DNA of 64,000 nt from Candidatus Woesearchaeota archaeon UBA525 (GTDB lineage: Archaea > Nanobdellota > Nanobdellia > Woesearchaeales > UBA525), in assembly GCA_002498125.1 (NCBI GenBank), contig DAGG01000030.1:3-64002 (forward strand). The letters run 5' to 3'. Below the pieces are notes generated by a model that saw nothing but the letters and a program-made list of their open reading frames with translations, ran no database searches and was not told where the DNA came from. How positions within the stretch are numbered: position 1 is the first letter of the stretch; each line of letters opens with the position of its first letter. Below are positions 8,127 to 16,736 of this stretch, piece after piece. The position numbers were made by a program, and so were the translations under genes.

Positions 8127-9198
8127 GCGTCACCTCATAAATCTCCCTAATCCTTTGCACACGCGACTCCAAGTTCCACGAACTCACATCAGACATCGCC
8201 TGCTCGCCGAGCGAACGTCTCAATGCCGCATCCTGTAACAGTATCCGTATGCACTCCGCCAGGCTATCAGGGTCCTCTGGTCTCGCAAGCAGCCCATTGC
8301 TTCCGTGGCGCACGAACTCAGGCATGCTGCAGGAATCAGTCGTCACTATAGCACATCCGCTCGCTGCCGCCTCAAGCATCGTGACCATCACCCCTTCCTT
8401 CGCATAGGAGGGGAATACCGCCACCTTTGCACGAGCGTACGCATCACGCAGTTCTCGATCAGGGACGAATCCACGGAACTCAGCATCTATCCCAAGCGCC
8501 AGGGCTTCGTGCCGCAACCTCGACTCCTCTGGACCAGTACCTATGATCACTGCACGGGCAGGGGTGCTGGAGAGCGCCCGGAGCAAATGATCGACACCCT
8601 TTATCCTGATGAGCCTGCCTGTGTAGAGCACATCTATGTCCCTTTCAGATGCGCCGGCGTACTTGGCGGCATCGACATGCGAGTACACCACCTCCATCTG
8701 CGCTGCAGCGAGATGCGAGTACATCCTCCGCCATGTGCTGCGCACGTACTCAGAGACGCATATGAATGCATCAGGCCTGCGTGTGCTCAGCTCGCCTATC
8801 TCCGAATGGGATGATGGCGTCCCATGCAAATGCAGGACATTCTTCACCCCGTGAGGGACATACAGCGAATCTGTCGCGAAATGCGTCGCTACGAGATTGA
8901 TATCCGATTGCGCATAGAAACCGCATGCCTCTGGCCCAAAGACGCTCCCTTCGAAGTGCCAGCGTAACGGGTCATTTGAGTCGAAGGGATTGGTCATCCC
9001 ACGTTCTTCTGTCCCGGGCAGCAGCACTGTCCGCACATTTTCCTGCACTTGCCGGAAGAGCGTTGAAGGCCGTTCTGTGGATGCGGTGACCAAGGTGACG
9101 TCGAAGTGGTGAGACAGTGCCGGGATGTAGTCTGCGATGAGCCGTTCAGTCCCGCCTACATGAGTGCTGAATATGGGGCTGTGGATAGCGAGCTTCAT
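8119..9198 (-). CDS. Glycosyltransferase, GT-B group 1 (GT4-like)
   Basis: Typical C-terminal GT1 region (LYTGRLIRIKGVDHLL...VFPSYAKEGVMVTMLEAAASGCAIVTTD). Start overlaps the GT2 stop. Confidence 0.85.
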   Translation of the reverse strand: MKLAIHSPIFSTHVGGTERLIADYIPALSHHFDVTLVTASTERPSTLFRQVQENVRTVLLPGTEERGMTNPFDSNDPLRWHFEGSVFGPEACGFYAQSDINLVATHFATDSLYVPHGVKNVLHLHGTPSSHSEIGELSTRRPDAFICVSEYVRSTWRRMYSHLAAAQMEVVYSHVDAAKYAGASERDIDVLYTGRLIRIKGVDHLLRALSSTPARAVIIGTGPEESRLRHEALALGIDAEFRGFVPDRELRDAYARAKVAVFPSYAKEGVMVTMLEAAASGCAIVTTDSCSMPEFVRHGSNGLLARPEDPDSLAECIRILLQDAALRRSLGEQAMSDVSSWNLESRVQRIREIYEVTHG

Positions 9199-10175
9199 CA
9201 GTCGGCCTCCTCCGGGTCCTGCGCGACCTGTTTCACGTCATAGGACCATACCGCGTCGATTATAGTGGAGTCCTTCTTCCACCAGTACACGATTCCCTCA
9301 TACCGCTTGAGGAGCCAGTATCCTATGGCGTAGCATCTGTGCTCCAGCGACATCTGGAGAACCCTTCTCCAATTCACCCGCATCATCGTGTGTTGACGCA
9401 GCGGGAGGAACTCAGGGTATTCGGAGTACAGCATCTCAAGATCCTTACGTATCCTGAACCATACTCGCAGATGCGAATGCACAGAGAACACAGGATAGCA
9501 ATACACTGGTGCGTCATAGAGGACCTTCACCGAACCGGACCCTTCGTGTGTGAGGAGATAATGGGAGAGAAAGGTATCGTCGCCGCGAACCGCGCTCGAT
9601 GCCGGCGGGAAAACGCACGATCGTTTGCCTTCGACTGCGAAACAGGTGCCATGAAAATAGATGCGGGACTGTCGCTCGAAATCAGATGTCGCGCCAGGAT
9701 GGAAACGCGAGACATCAGATACTGCCACCTCAACCTGTGGATCGATACGTTTGATGTTCAGCATCCCCTGCTTGAGCCTCGAGAGCAATGTGCCTGATGG
9801 TGGGCTCTCAAGGTACGGGTATGCGGACGCCACCTTTACCTGCCCGTCCAATGCGCCGAGCATATTGTGGAGCGTCTGCGCCGGGACGAGGAGATCCGCA
9901 TCCATGAACACGATGGGAAAGTCATCGTCGATTGCCTTGAGCATCGCGCGCTGGGCATTGAGCATTCCCCGTTCTGAGCAGAGCGTCGTGATCGGAAATG
10001 AGAGTTCTTCCTCGATATCACGGATCGCCTGGGCAGTGCGATCAGTGCATCCGTTGCAGCAAACCATGACCGAAGGCCTGAGCGCCGATTCCTGGAGTTC
10101 CTTGTCGAGGAAACGCAGTGTCCTCCTGATTGTCCGCTCCTCATTGTACGCCGGAATGCAGAGGTGGAACCTCAT
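9198..10175 (-). CDS. Glycosyltransferase family 2
   Basis: CIPAYNEERTI N-terminus and FMDADLLV (DxD). Start set at the ATG at 10175, which forms an ATGA overlap with the HAD stop. The track start at 10202 would overlap by 31 nt. Confidence 0.8.
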   Translation of the reverse strand: MRFHLCIPAYNEERTIRRTLRFLDKELQESALRPSVMVCCNGCTDRTAQAIRDIEEELSFPITTLCSERGMLNAQRAMLKAIDDDFPIVFMDADLLVPAQTLHNMLGALDGQVKVASAYPYLESPPSGTLLSRLKQGMLNIKRIDPQVEVAVSDVSRFHPGATSDFERQSRIYFHGTCFAVEGKRSCVFPPASSAVRGDDTFLSHYLLTHEGSGSVKVLYDAPVYCYPVFSVHSHLRVWFRIRKDLEMLYSEYPEFLPLRQHTMMRVNWRRVLQMSLEHRCYAIGYWLLKRYEGIVYWWKKDSTIIDAVWSYDVKQVAQDPEEAD

Positions 10176-10666
10176 AGCTCGCGCCCCGCCGCTCTCCACC
10201 ACGCATGGATATCGGCCATAATCCTGTGCGGCGCCAATCCCTCCTCCTCAAACTGTTTTCTCGTCGTATTGCCAGTAAGGACTGCATAGAACGGTATGCC
10301 TGCCTGAGTGGCAGCCAGCATATCGATGATATCGTCTCCTATATACATCACACAATCTGTGCTTTCAAAGCACCGGGGATCAGGCTTGAGGAACCGAAGC
10401 ACATCGCTGTGGTAGAATGGGTCTGGAGAGATACCGCAAATCGACAGGCGGGGGGCAGATTTAGCATACGAGTTATTAGTGAGTACGCCTATGCGCATCT
10501 TACGTGCGGCCTCTGCGAAGAGTCCTGCGATGTCACCAATCGGTTCGCCAGGCACGAGCTTCCTGGCGACGTCATACGGCACTGGGAGTCGCCGGCGAAT
10601 GACCGCAGCCCGGGAGGTATAGAACAGTGTATCATCCAAGTCGACTAACACCACACCCCTTCCCAT
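10172..10666 (-). CDS. HAD-superfamily hydrolase
   Basis: Motif I VVLVDLDDTLF, motif IV YIGDDIIDMLAA. ATTTAAAC TATA about 25 nt upstream on the minus strand. Confidence 0.75.
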   Translation of the reverse strand: MGRGVVLVDLDDTLFYTSRAAVIRRRLPVPYDVARKLVPGEPIGDIAGLFAEAARKMRIGVLTNNSYAKSAPRLSICGISPDPFYHSDVLRFLKPDPRCFESTDCVMYIGDDIIDMLAATQAGIPFYAVLTGNTTRKQFEEEGLAPHRIMADIHAWWRAAGREL

Positions 10667-10914
10667 GAAAGCGGCAATAGCGACCGCGTTTAAATGAATT
10701 TAGACAGTTTTCTCGAATAATATCCGGCCATGTCAAGATTGAGGAAAAGCATAAAGGAGAAGCCACACACGTCCCGGAGGGAATCATTTAAAAAGGACCT
10801 CGGGCTTCCTCAAGTCGCGAAGAACGTGTACTCAGGAAAGGACTGAGTAGCGGACGCAAGGGACGTGTACTTTCGGTCCATCAGGAGCGAAAGTAACGGA
10901 CCGAGTGAAACGAG

Positions 10915-11058
10915 GGACGTGTAGCTCAGCTTGGATAGAGCACAGCACTCCTACTCCTTATGACGATCATTTCGCTATACCGGCTCGACCGGTTAAACGA
11001 GAGTTAGCCGAAGGAGAGAGTAATGCTGGGGCCGGGGGTTCAAATCCTCCCACGTCCG
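10915..11058 (+). tRNA. tRNA-Arg(CCU) with a 69-nt intron (10954-11022) at canonical position 37/38
   Basis: Manual cloverleaf. Acceptor GGACGTG/CACGTCC is perfect. D arm TA-GCTC-AGCTTGGATA-GAGC. Anticodon stem CAGCA/TGCTG. Loop CT-CCT-A|intron|A. T arm GGGGG-TTCAAAT-CCTCC. Discriminator G. The intron has internal stems (ACCGG/CCGGT, CTCCTT/AAGGAG). Confidence 0.8.
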
Positions 11059-11091
11059 TTCAGTTTGAGCGCGCGTCAGGCCGGGGGGAAA

Positions 11092-11805
11092 ATGAGATAT
11101 CGCAGTGTCGCCATCATCGGGCCTTCTACTGTAGGCAAGACTTCTGTGGCTTTCGGACTCGCGAGGAAGATTGAAGGCGAGATTGTCAATCTCGACAAGA
11201 TATACACCTACAGGACCCTCCCAATCAGCTCCGGCCTCAGCGATGCGCTTGAGATGGAAGGTATCGAGAAGCACCTCTACGCATTCCTGGACCTTGAGGA
11301 GGAGCCTGTGCCCGCCCCTATCTACGCGGAGATGGTACGTGAGAAGTGCATGAGCATAGTGTCAAAGGGCCGGACGCCTATTGCGGAAGGAGGATCGACG
11401 ACTTATTTCCCGGCGTTCTACGCGTGCAATGAAGAGAGACCGTTCTGCAACCTCATCATAGGCCTCACGCCTCCCCCATACGATTCGCTGCGGCATAACA
11501 TCAAGAGCAGAATCAGTGACGCGATAGATAGAGGACTACTCACAGAAGTGAAGGCGAACGCGATGCGCAAGAGCAACCTCCTCTCCGACATGCATGTGAC
11601 CGCGCCGCTTATAGAGCATCTCGCCGGGAAAATAGGCATCGAGGAAGCAAAGGAGCGCATACTCGAGAGAGCGCTCGCGTACACGAATCTCCAGATGTCC
11701 ATCTTTGCAAAATATGATCGGATAACATGGCTGGAGTACAACCCTTCTCATCAGCAGACCATCGAGTGTATAATAGGCCTGATGCGTACAGGAGCCAAAT
11801 TTTAA
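11092..11805 (+). CDS. Isopentenyltransferase (IPT/MiaA family), short form lacking the tRNA-binding insertion domain
   Basis: IIGPSTVGKTSVAFGLARKIEGEIVNLDKIYTYRTL aligns with MiaA GPTASGKT...SVDSALIYKGMDIGTAK. GGSTTYFPAF aligns with GGTMLYFKAL. It is 237 aa against about 310 for MiaA. Start set at ATG 11092, because the track start at 11023 overlaps the tRNA. Confidence 0.7.
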   Translation: MRYRSVAIIGPSTVGKTSVAFGLARKIEGEIVNLDKIYTYRTLPISSGLSDALEMEGIEKHLYAFLDLEEEPVPAPIYAEMVREKCMSIVSKGRTPIAEGGSTTYFPAFYACNEERPFCNLIIGLTPPPYDSLRHNIKSRISDAIDRGLLTEVKANAMRKSNLLSDMHVTAPLIEHLAGKIGIEEAKERILERALAYTNLQMSIFAKYDRITWLEYNPSHQQTIECIIGLMRTGAKF

Positions 11806-11830
11806 ATAATCCCTGGTTCACTGCAGCTCT

Positions 11831-12874
11831 ATGGCACGGCTAAGATACATCGCCGCCGGCATGCTCCTCGTCGGCTCAATTATCGTCGGCCTGATGGTAT
11901 ACAGCATCGGAGCGGGCGAGATTGCAAGTGTCATCGCGAAAGCAAGCCTCGTCTTCCTCGGCGCGTACATCCTCGCATCCGTAGGGATCGCAGCTATAGC
12001 CACATACAAATGGCAACTCATCCTACGCTCCCAGCGCATAAGGATACCATACAACAGACTCTTCATGTACAGGATGATCGGCTACTCCGTCAGCTACCTC
12101 ACACCAACGGCCCACGTCGGCAGCGAACCCATCAGGGCATACTTGCTCAAGCGCGAAGGCATCCACACCAACAAAGCATTCTCCACGGTCATCATCGACA
12201 AGAGCCTCGAACTCATCGCAGACGTCCTGTTCTTCTTCTTCGGAGCGCTCCTCATCATCAACAGCGTCGCAGTGAACAGTAGGATGAAACTCATCGTGCT
12301 CATCATATCACTCATCCTCATCCTGCTCATGGGTATGTTCGTGGGAGGCGTGCTCGGTAAGAGGAGTATGTTCATCGCGATTTTCCGCTTTCTCCGTCTC
12401 CACAGGATGAGGAAACTGCGACCCATCCAGCGTAACCTCGGCGCGATTGAGAAGCAGATTGAGAGTTTCTACCGCAAAGAGAAACGGCTCTTCGTGATCA
12501 TCATGGGACTGATGGTGCTCCTGTGGGGACTCATGTTCCTCGAGTACAAGTTCCTGCTGCTCATGCTTGGCGTCGATGCGTCGCTCGTGCAGATATTCCT
12601 CATCCTCACCGGCGTCGGGCTGGCATACGCAGTCCCGGTTCCAGCTGCGATGGGAACACTCGAGCTCGGGCAGCTCTCAGCCGCGAAGGTCCTCGCACTT
12701 GGCAGCGCAACAGGCATTGCACTCGCGTTCATCGTACGCGCACGCGACCTCGTCTGGACAGCAATCGGTCTCGTGTTCCTCACAATATACCAATTCAGCT
12801 TCTCACGCCTCGCGAAGGAGACGAAGCGCATCGACAAGGAGTTCGAGAAGGGCGACATCGAGGAACGGATGTGA
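11831..12874 (+). CDS. Polytopic membrane protein, flippase-like / lysyl-PG-synthase TM-region (UPF0104) family
   Basis: About 8 predicted TM helices. The N-terminal pattern ...YKWQLILRSQRIRIPYNRLFMYRMIGYSVSYLTPTAHVGSEPIRAYLLKREG is typical of the family. Confidence 0.65.
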   Translation: MARLRYIAAGMLLVGSIIVGLMVYSIGAGEIASVIAKASLVFLGAYILASVGIAAIATYKWQLILRSQRIRIPYNRLFMYRMIGYSVSYLTPTAHVGSEPIRAYLLKREGIHTNKAFSTVIIDKSLELIADVLFFFFGALLIINSVAVNSRMKLIVLIISLILILLMGMFVGGVLGKRSMFIAIFRFLRLHRMRKLRPIQRNLGAIEKQIESFYRKEKRLFVIIMGLMVLLWGLMFLEYKFLLLMLGVDASLVQIFLILTGVGLAYAVPVPAAMGTLELGQLSAAKVLALGSATGIALAFIVRARDLVWTAIGLVFLTIYQFSFSRLAKETKRIDKEFEKGDIEERM

Positions 12875-12906
12875 CACTCTTCATTCAATTCAAGGAGGGA
12901 CTGCGC

Positions 12907-13992
12907 ATGCTCCGTCGTGCTCGTCGCGTGCGCAAGCACGGCTTCCGCAGGTACAAAGGAGATGCGGAGGAGATCTGCCGCCGCATCATCGAGGACTGCT
13001 ATGACCATGAGCACAAGTACCTCCGCGTAAGCGCGGGCCATTTCTGCGAATATTATGTCCGTGATTTTGCGTTCTGCTGCGAAGCATTGGTCAAGCTGGG
13101 TTTCAGCGCACAGGTGCGATCGACACTGGAATATGCGCTCAAGCGCTTCAGGCATGCCGGCATCACGACTGCGATAGACCCCGACGGGGTGCCGTTCGAC
13201 TACTACCTCCCTTCCGGCCCCGAATCAATCGGCCTCTTCCTCTACAGCATAAGGGTCACAGGCAACGAGGATCTCGCGCGCCATGAGCACGCGTTCCTGC
13301 AACGACAGGTCGACCGCGTGAAAGGCATGATGGACCACCACACGCTCCTGCCGAAGGGACAGTACTCCACTATCCGCGACCAGACGCGCAGGAGATCCTC
13401 ATGCTATGACATGGTGATGCTCGCAGTCGTCGCGCGCGAAGCAGGACTCCTCGGGCTGCGGTTCCCGCATAGTGAGGAGGATATCCGCAAGCGCCTGATC
13501 GAAGAGTACTGGAACGGGACCTACTTCTTCCAGGACATCACGAAGCAGCCAATCATCGTCGGCGACGCGAACGTGTTCCCGTTCTGGACAGGGGTAGTCG
13601 ATGACAAGGCCATGCTCGATGAGGCGATGACCGCTGTGCAGACGGCAGGCCTCGACACGCCGCTGCCGTTGCGGTACGTCAGCGCTACGGACAAGAAGCG
13701 CGAGCGCACAGGATTCCACTTCAGCGCACTACTCGCGCCCGATTACGAGACCGACAGCATCTGGGCCCACCTCGGCCTCGCGTATGTGCGAGTGCTGACG
13801 ATGCACGATCCTGCACGGGCACGCAAACATATCGAGAAGTACCGCAAGGAGATAGAACAGCACCGCAACTTCCTAGAGGTATATGACTCATTCGGCCAGC
13901 CGCTGCGCGGACAGCTCTATGTGACTGATGAGAGCATGCTCTGGTGCGCGAACTGGCTTGCGCTTAACAAGTTCAGCGGCCTCCCATCCTAA
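12907..13992 (+). CDS. Putative (alpha/alpha)6-barrel glycoside-hydrolase-like protein
   Basis: ATG at 12907 is preceded by AAGGAGGG. The 5' extension of the track ORF (12523-12906) overlaps the previous gene and is Arg-rich. Segments YWNGTYFFQD, ANVFPFWTG and FLEVYDSFGQP are reminiscent of six-hairpin glycosidases. The assignment is weak. Confidence 0.4.
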   Translation: MLRRARRVRKHGFRRYKGDAEEICRRIIEDCYDHEHKYLRVSAGHFCEYYVRDFAFCCEALVKLGFSAQVRSTLEYALKRFRHAGITTAIDPDGVPFDYYLPSGPESIGLFLYSIRVTGNEDLARHEHAFLQRQVDRVKGMMDHHTLLPKGQYSTIRDQTRRRSSCYDMVMLAVVAREAGLLGLRFPHSEEDIRKRLIEEYWNGTYFFQDITKQPIIVGDANVFPFWTGVVDDKAMLDEAMTAVQTAGLDTPLPLRYVSATDKKRERTGFHFSALLAPDYETDSIWAHLGLAYVRVLTMHDPARARKHIEKYRKEIEQHRNFLEVYDSFGQPLRGQLYVTDESMLWCANWLALNKFSGLPS

Positions 13993-14770
13993 GGTTCTTG
14001 AGGACGCGCGCTTTCTCGCGCAAGAGGTTCGTAGCATTCATCATCTGGTGGCGCAGGTTGCGCTCCTCGCCGATGACGGCGACACGTTTCTTCTTGACGT
14101 CATCGAGGAACTCCTCCCATGACTGCGACTTGGCAACGGTGAACGCCGTTCCGAGCGGCTTGATGTGGTGCCCGTCGCTGCCACCAACGATCGCCTTGTC
14201 GAACTGCATCGCCCAACCGAGCGCCGAGAGGTTCTGCTTGTGCAGCATCGTCTCATTGACGACCTCGAAGGCGTGGATGTGCCGCAGGAGGTGTCGGTTG
14301 CCATTGCTGAAGAAACGGTAGCTCCGTCGCGGCGGGACTGCGAACGGGTGCGGTAATGAGACGACGCAGTTGACGCGCCGCAACTCATCGAGAAGCTCCT
14401 CTGCAGAGATGCCTGACGCATTGCTCTGCAAACTGGTCTTGCGCTTCATGCGCGGCTTGAGCACTTTATTGTAGAACTCCTCGAGTTCTGCGACAGTGTA
14501 GAAGTAGGGAATGATATCTTTTCCTTCAGACGTGCACACCTCTATCCCCGGCCTGATGAGGCCCGGCACCATCTTGTCAGCGGCGAGCACACCTGCGATG
14601 CTGTTGTGGTCTGTAAGCGCGACACTCACGCCGAGTTCACGGCATCGCTTGACTATCGATTCGATCGGCGTTGAGGAGTCATGACTGTACTTGCTGTGGA
14701 AGTGCATGTCCACGAGCATGTAGTCCTTGCGCAGGGCCTCGACATCTGGTTTCGTGAAGTACACGCGCAT
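13973..14770 (-). CDS. PHP-domain metal-dependent phosphoesterase
   Basis: MLVDMHFHSKYSHDS, ALTDHNS and GGSDGHH motifs. Start overlaps the gatE stop. Confidence 0.8.
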   Translation of the reverse strand: MRVYFTKPDVEALRKDYMLVDMHFHSKYSHDSSTPIESIVKRCRELGVSVALTDHNSIAGVLAADKMVPGLIRPGIEVCTSEGKDIIPYFYTVAELEEFYNKVLKPRMKRKTSLQSNASGISAEELLDELRRVNCVVSLPHPFAVPPRRSYRFFSNGNRHLLRHIHAFEVVNETMLHKQNLSALGWAMQFDKAIVGGSDGHHIKPLGTAFTVAKSQSWEEFLDDVKKKRVAVIGEERNLRHQMMNATNLLREKARVLKNLRMGGR

Positions 14771-16602
14771 CAGATCATCGACCTCTCGCGTTCGATGAGC
14801 TCCATGACTCTCTTGCCTTCGGCCTTGCCGCGTGCTTTTGCCATGACTTTGCCCATGATCACGCTCGGTTTCGCATCTGGCAGTTCGGCCATGGCGGAAC
14901 GGATCGCCGCGCGTAATTCCTCGTCGGATATCGGCGCGTACCTTGAGTAATCCAGGTTGCCAATCGCGGCCTTACCCTCGGCTATCTCTACGAGTATCTC
15001 AAAAACAGCTGAACGTGGAATCTGGTTACGCATAACAGCGGCGAAGAGCGGCTCCAGGAGCGCGATATGGTCTATCTCCTTCTTGTACCTCGCCTGTATC
15101 TCCTTACCATAGGTCAGGACTGCTGTCGCGATAAATGACGGCTCCAAACTAGGGTACTTCTCAAGGTACTCGTCGAAGATGATGCCTTCGCGCACGAGTT
15201 GCTTCGCCTGGTCCTCGCTGATGCCAGATAGCTGCATGTCGCGCACCTGCTCACTGAAGAGCTTCGGTGCCTCAACGGCGCTGACGTCGATAGCGACAAT
15301 CGGAACGTCCGTTTCCGGATACATGCGTGCGGCCCCAGGCATCGGCCGCAGGAAAGAAGTTGTGCCGTCGGGGTTCGCCTTGCGAACCTCTTTTGGCACA
15401 CCGACAGCAAATTGGCGCAAGCGAGGCAGGATCGCGTCCTCAAGGAGCACCTGGATGCGCGCGGAATCACCGATAAGGAGAAGGAACGCGTCTTTTTCGC
15501 CTAACGAGAACGCATGCGATAGGTCTTCCTTGCCCACGCCGTATTTCTTCAAGTCCTCATCGCTGTGGATGAGACCGCCGAATCCTGCGCTGCGCGCAAG
15601 GTCAGCGAGCTCTGATCCGACGCGGTAGCCGCGCACGAGCTCTGTACCGAGCACGCCGGCAAAGCCGGACACCTTCACGCCGACGGCGCAATCGCCGCGC
15701 GCGAGCGCGGACTTGATGAAGCTTACTGTTGATAAGTGGAAGGCTTCGGTGACGTCGATGATGTCTCCTACCTCGACTTGCCTGAGCTTGCTCGCAAGGA
15801 CGATAAGCGACCGCTGACGCTCGGCTTCATTCTCGATGAGCGTCGCAATCATGCGGAGGTCCTGCGCACCCTTAATCTCGACACGAGTGCCGCCGGGCAC
15901 GCTGACATTCAAGTCCTGCCTGATGGTACCTAAGCCCCGCTTGACGCGCTTCGTGCTGCGCAGGAGCAGGCCGAGTGCCGCGGCGACCTCTTGGGCCTGG
16001 CTTGCGCTCGTGATATCGGGCTCTGTCGCTATCTCGATAAGCGGAATGCCGTTACGGCTGAGATTATAGATATCCTCTTCAGGTGTCCGCGCTACGATCT
16101 TGGCAGAATCCTCCTCGATGCATATCGTCTGCAGACGCACAGGGGGCGCGACCTCAGGAATGATGCCGCCGATGGCGAAGAGCCCTGTGCGCTGGAATCC
16201 CGAGACTGCGCTGCCGTCCACGATGGTCTTGCGCATGAACTGCATCATCGGGAGGACTGTGCTGCCACAGGCCTTGGCCACCATCGCCGCGGTCTTGATG
16301 ACCTCGGCATTGACAGGGCTTGGCGGCTCCTCATCGAGTTCGACGAGACAAGTACCATCATTGAACGCGTGGTAGGTGTACCGCTTCGCCTTGCGGGCCT
16401 CTGCCGCAGCAGCAGCATCGACCACGCCAGTTTCTCCTGCGCTCGCGCGCAAGCGACGCGTGACAGTGATATCAGGTTGGCGCTCGATAATGTCGGCAGG
16501 ACAGCGGCAGAAGAGCTTGGACTCTCCAGGACTGCCTGCCTGCTGGTGGATCTCGAGACCTACCTTCAGACTATCTTTTCCACCCTCAACTGCGCCTACC
16601 AT
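14770..16602 (-). CDS. gatE: Glutamyl-tRNA(Gln) amidotransferase subunit E
   Basis: KVGLEIHQQ N-terminal signature, an archaeal GatE-specific insertion and a GatB-like tail. Start set at ATG 16602, about 30 nt downstream of the minus-strand TATAAAAAT (16630s). Confidence 0.9.
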   Translation of the reverse strand: MVGAVEGGKDSLKVGLEIHQQAGSPGESKLFCRCPADIIERQPDITVTRRLRASAGETGVVDAAAAAEARKAKRYTYHAFNDGTCLVELDEEPPSPVNAEVIKTAAMVAKACGSTVLPMMQFMRKTIVDGSAVSGFQRTGLFAIGGIIPEVAPPVRLQTICIEEDSAKIVARTPEEDIYNLSRNGIPLIEIATEPDITSASQAQEVAAALGLLLRSTKRVKRGLGTIRQDLNVSVPGGTRVEIKGAQDLRMIATLIENEAERQRSLIVLASKLRQVEVGDIIDVTEAFHLSTVSFIKSALARGDCAVGVKVSGFAGVLGTELVRGYRVGSELADLARSAGFGGLIHSDEDLKKYGVGKEDLSHAFSLGEKDAFLLLIGDSARIQVLLEDAILPRLRQFAVGVPKEVRKANPDGTTSFLRPMPGAARMYPETDVPIVAIDVSAVEAPKLFSEQVRDMQLSGISEDQAKQLVREGIIFDEYLEKYPSLEPSFIATAVLTYGKEIQARYKKEIDHIALLEPLFAAVMRNQIPRSAVFEILVEIAEGKAAIGNLDYSRYAPISDEELRAAIRSAMAELPDAKPSVIMGKVMAKARGKAEGKRVMELIERERSMI

Positions 16603-16707
16603 CACAGTAGTGCCTTGACGGGCATTTTTATACTTTCCTTTGAAAAACAGGCCAATGGCGGTAATGGAGCCCTGCACGCCCCTAAATTGCATTTTCCTGC
16701 CATAACT

Positions 16708-16715
16708 CTTTTAAC
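16708..16715 (+). promoter_or_regulatory. TATA box of the sigma-like gene
   Basis: TCTTTTAA centred 26 nt upstream of ATG 16737. Confidence 0.4.
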
Positions 16716-16736
16716 ACCGCCCCGAGTCGCCTCAGC

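Noticed and set aside
10905-11174. 89-aa plus-strand ORF and 93-aa minus-strand ORF covering the tRNA-Arg gene.
   Set aside because: They overlap a well-folding intron-containing tRNA and the IPT start. They are an artefact of the six-frame scan.
12523-12906. 5' extension of the 489-aa track ORF.
   Set aside because: It overlaps the end of the flippase-like gene and translates to Arg/His-rich junk. An ATG at 12907 with AAGGAGGG upstream gives a sensible start.
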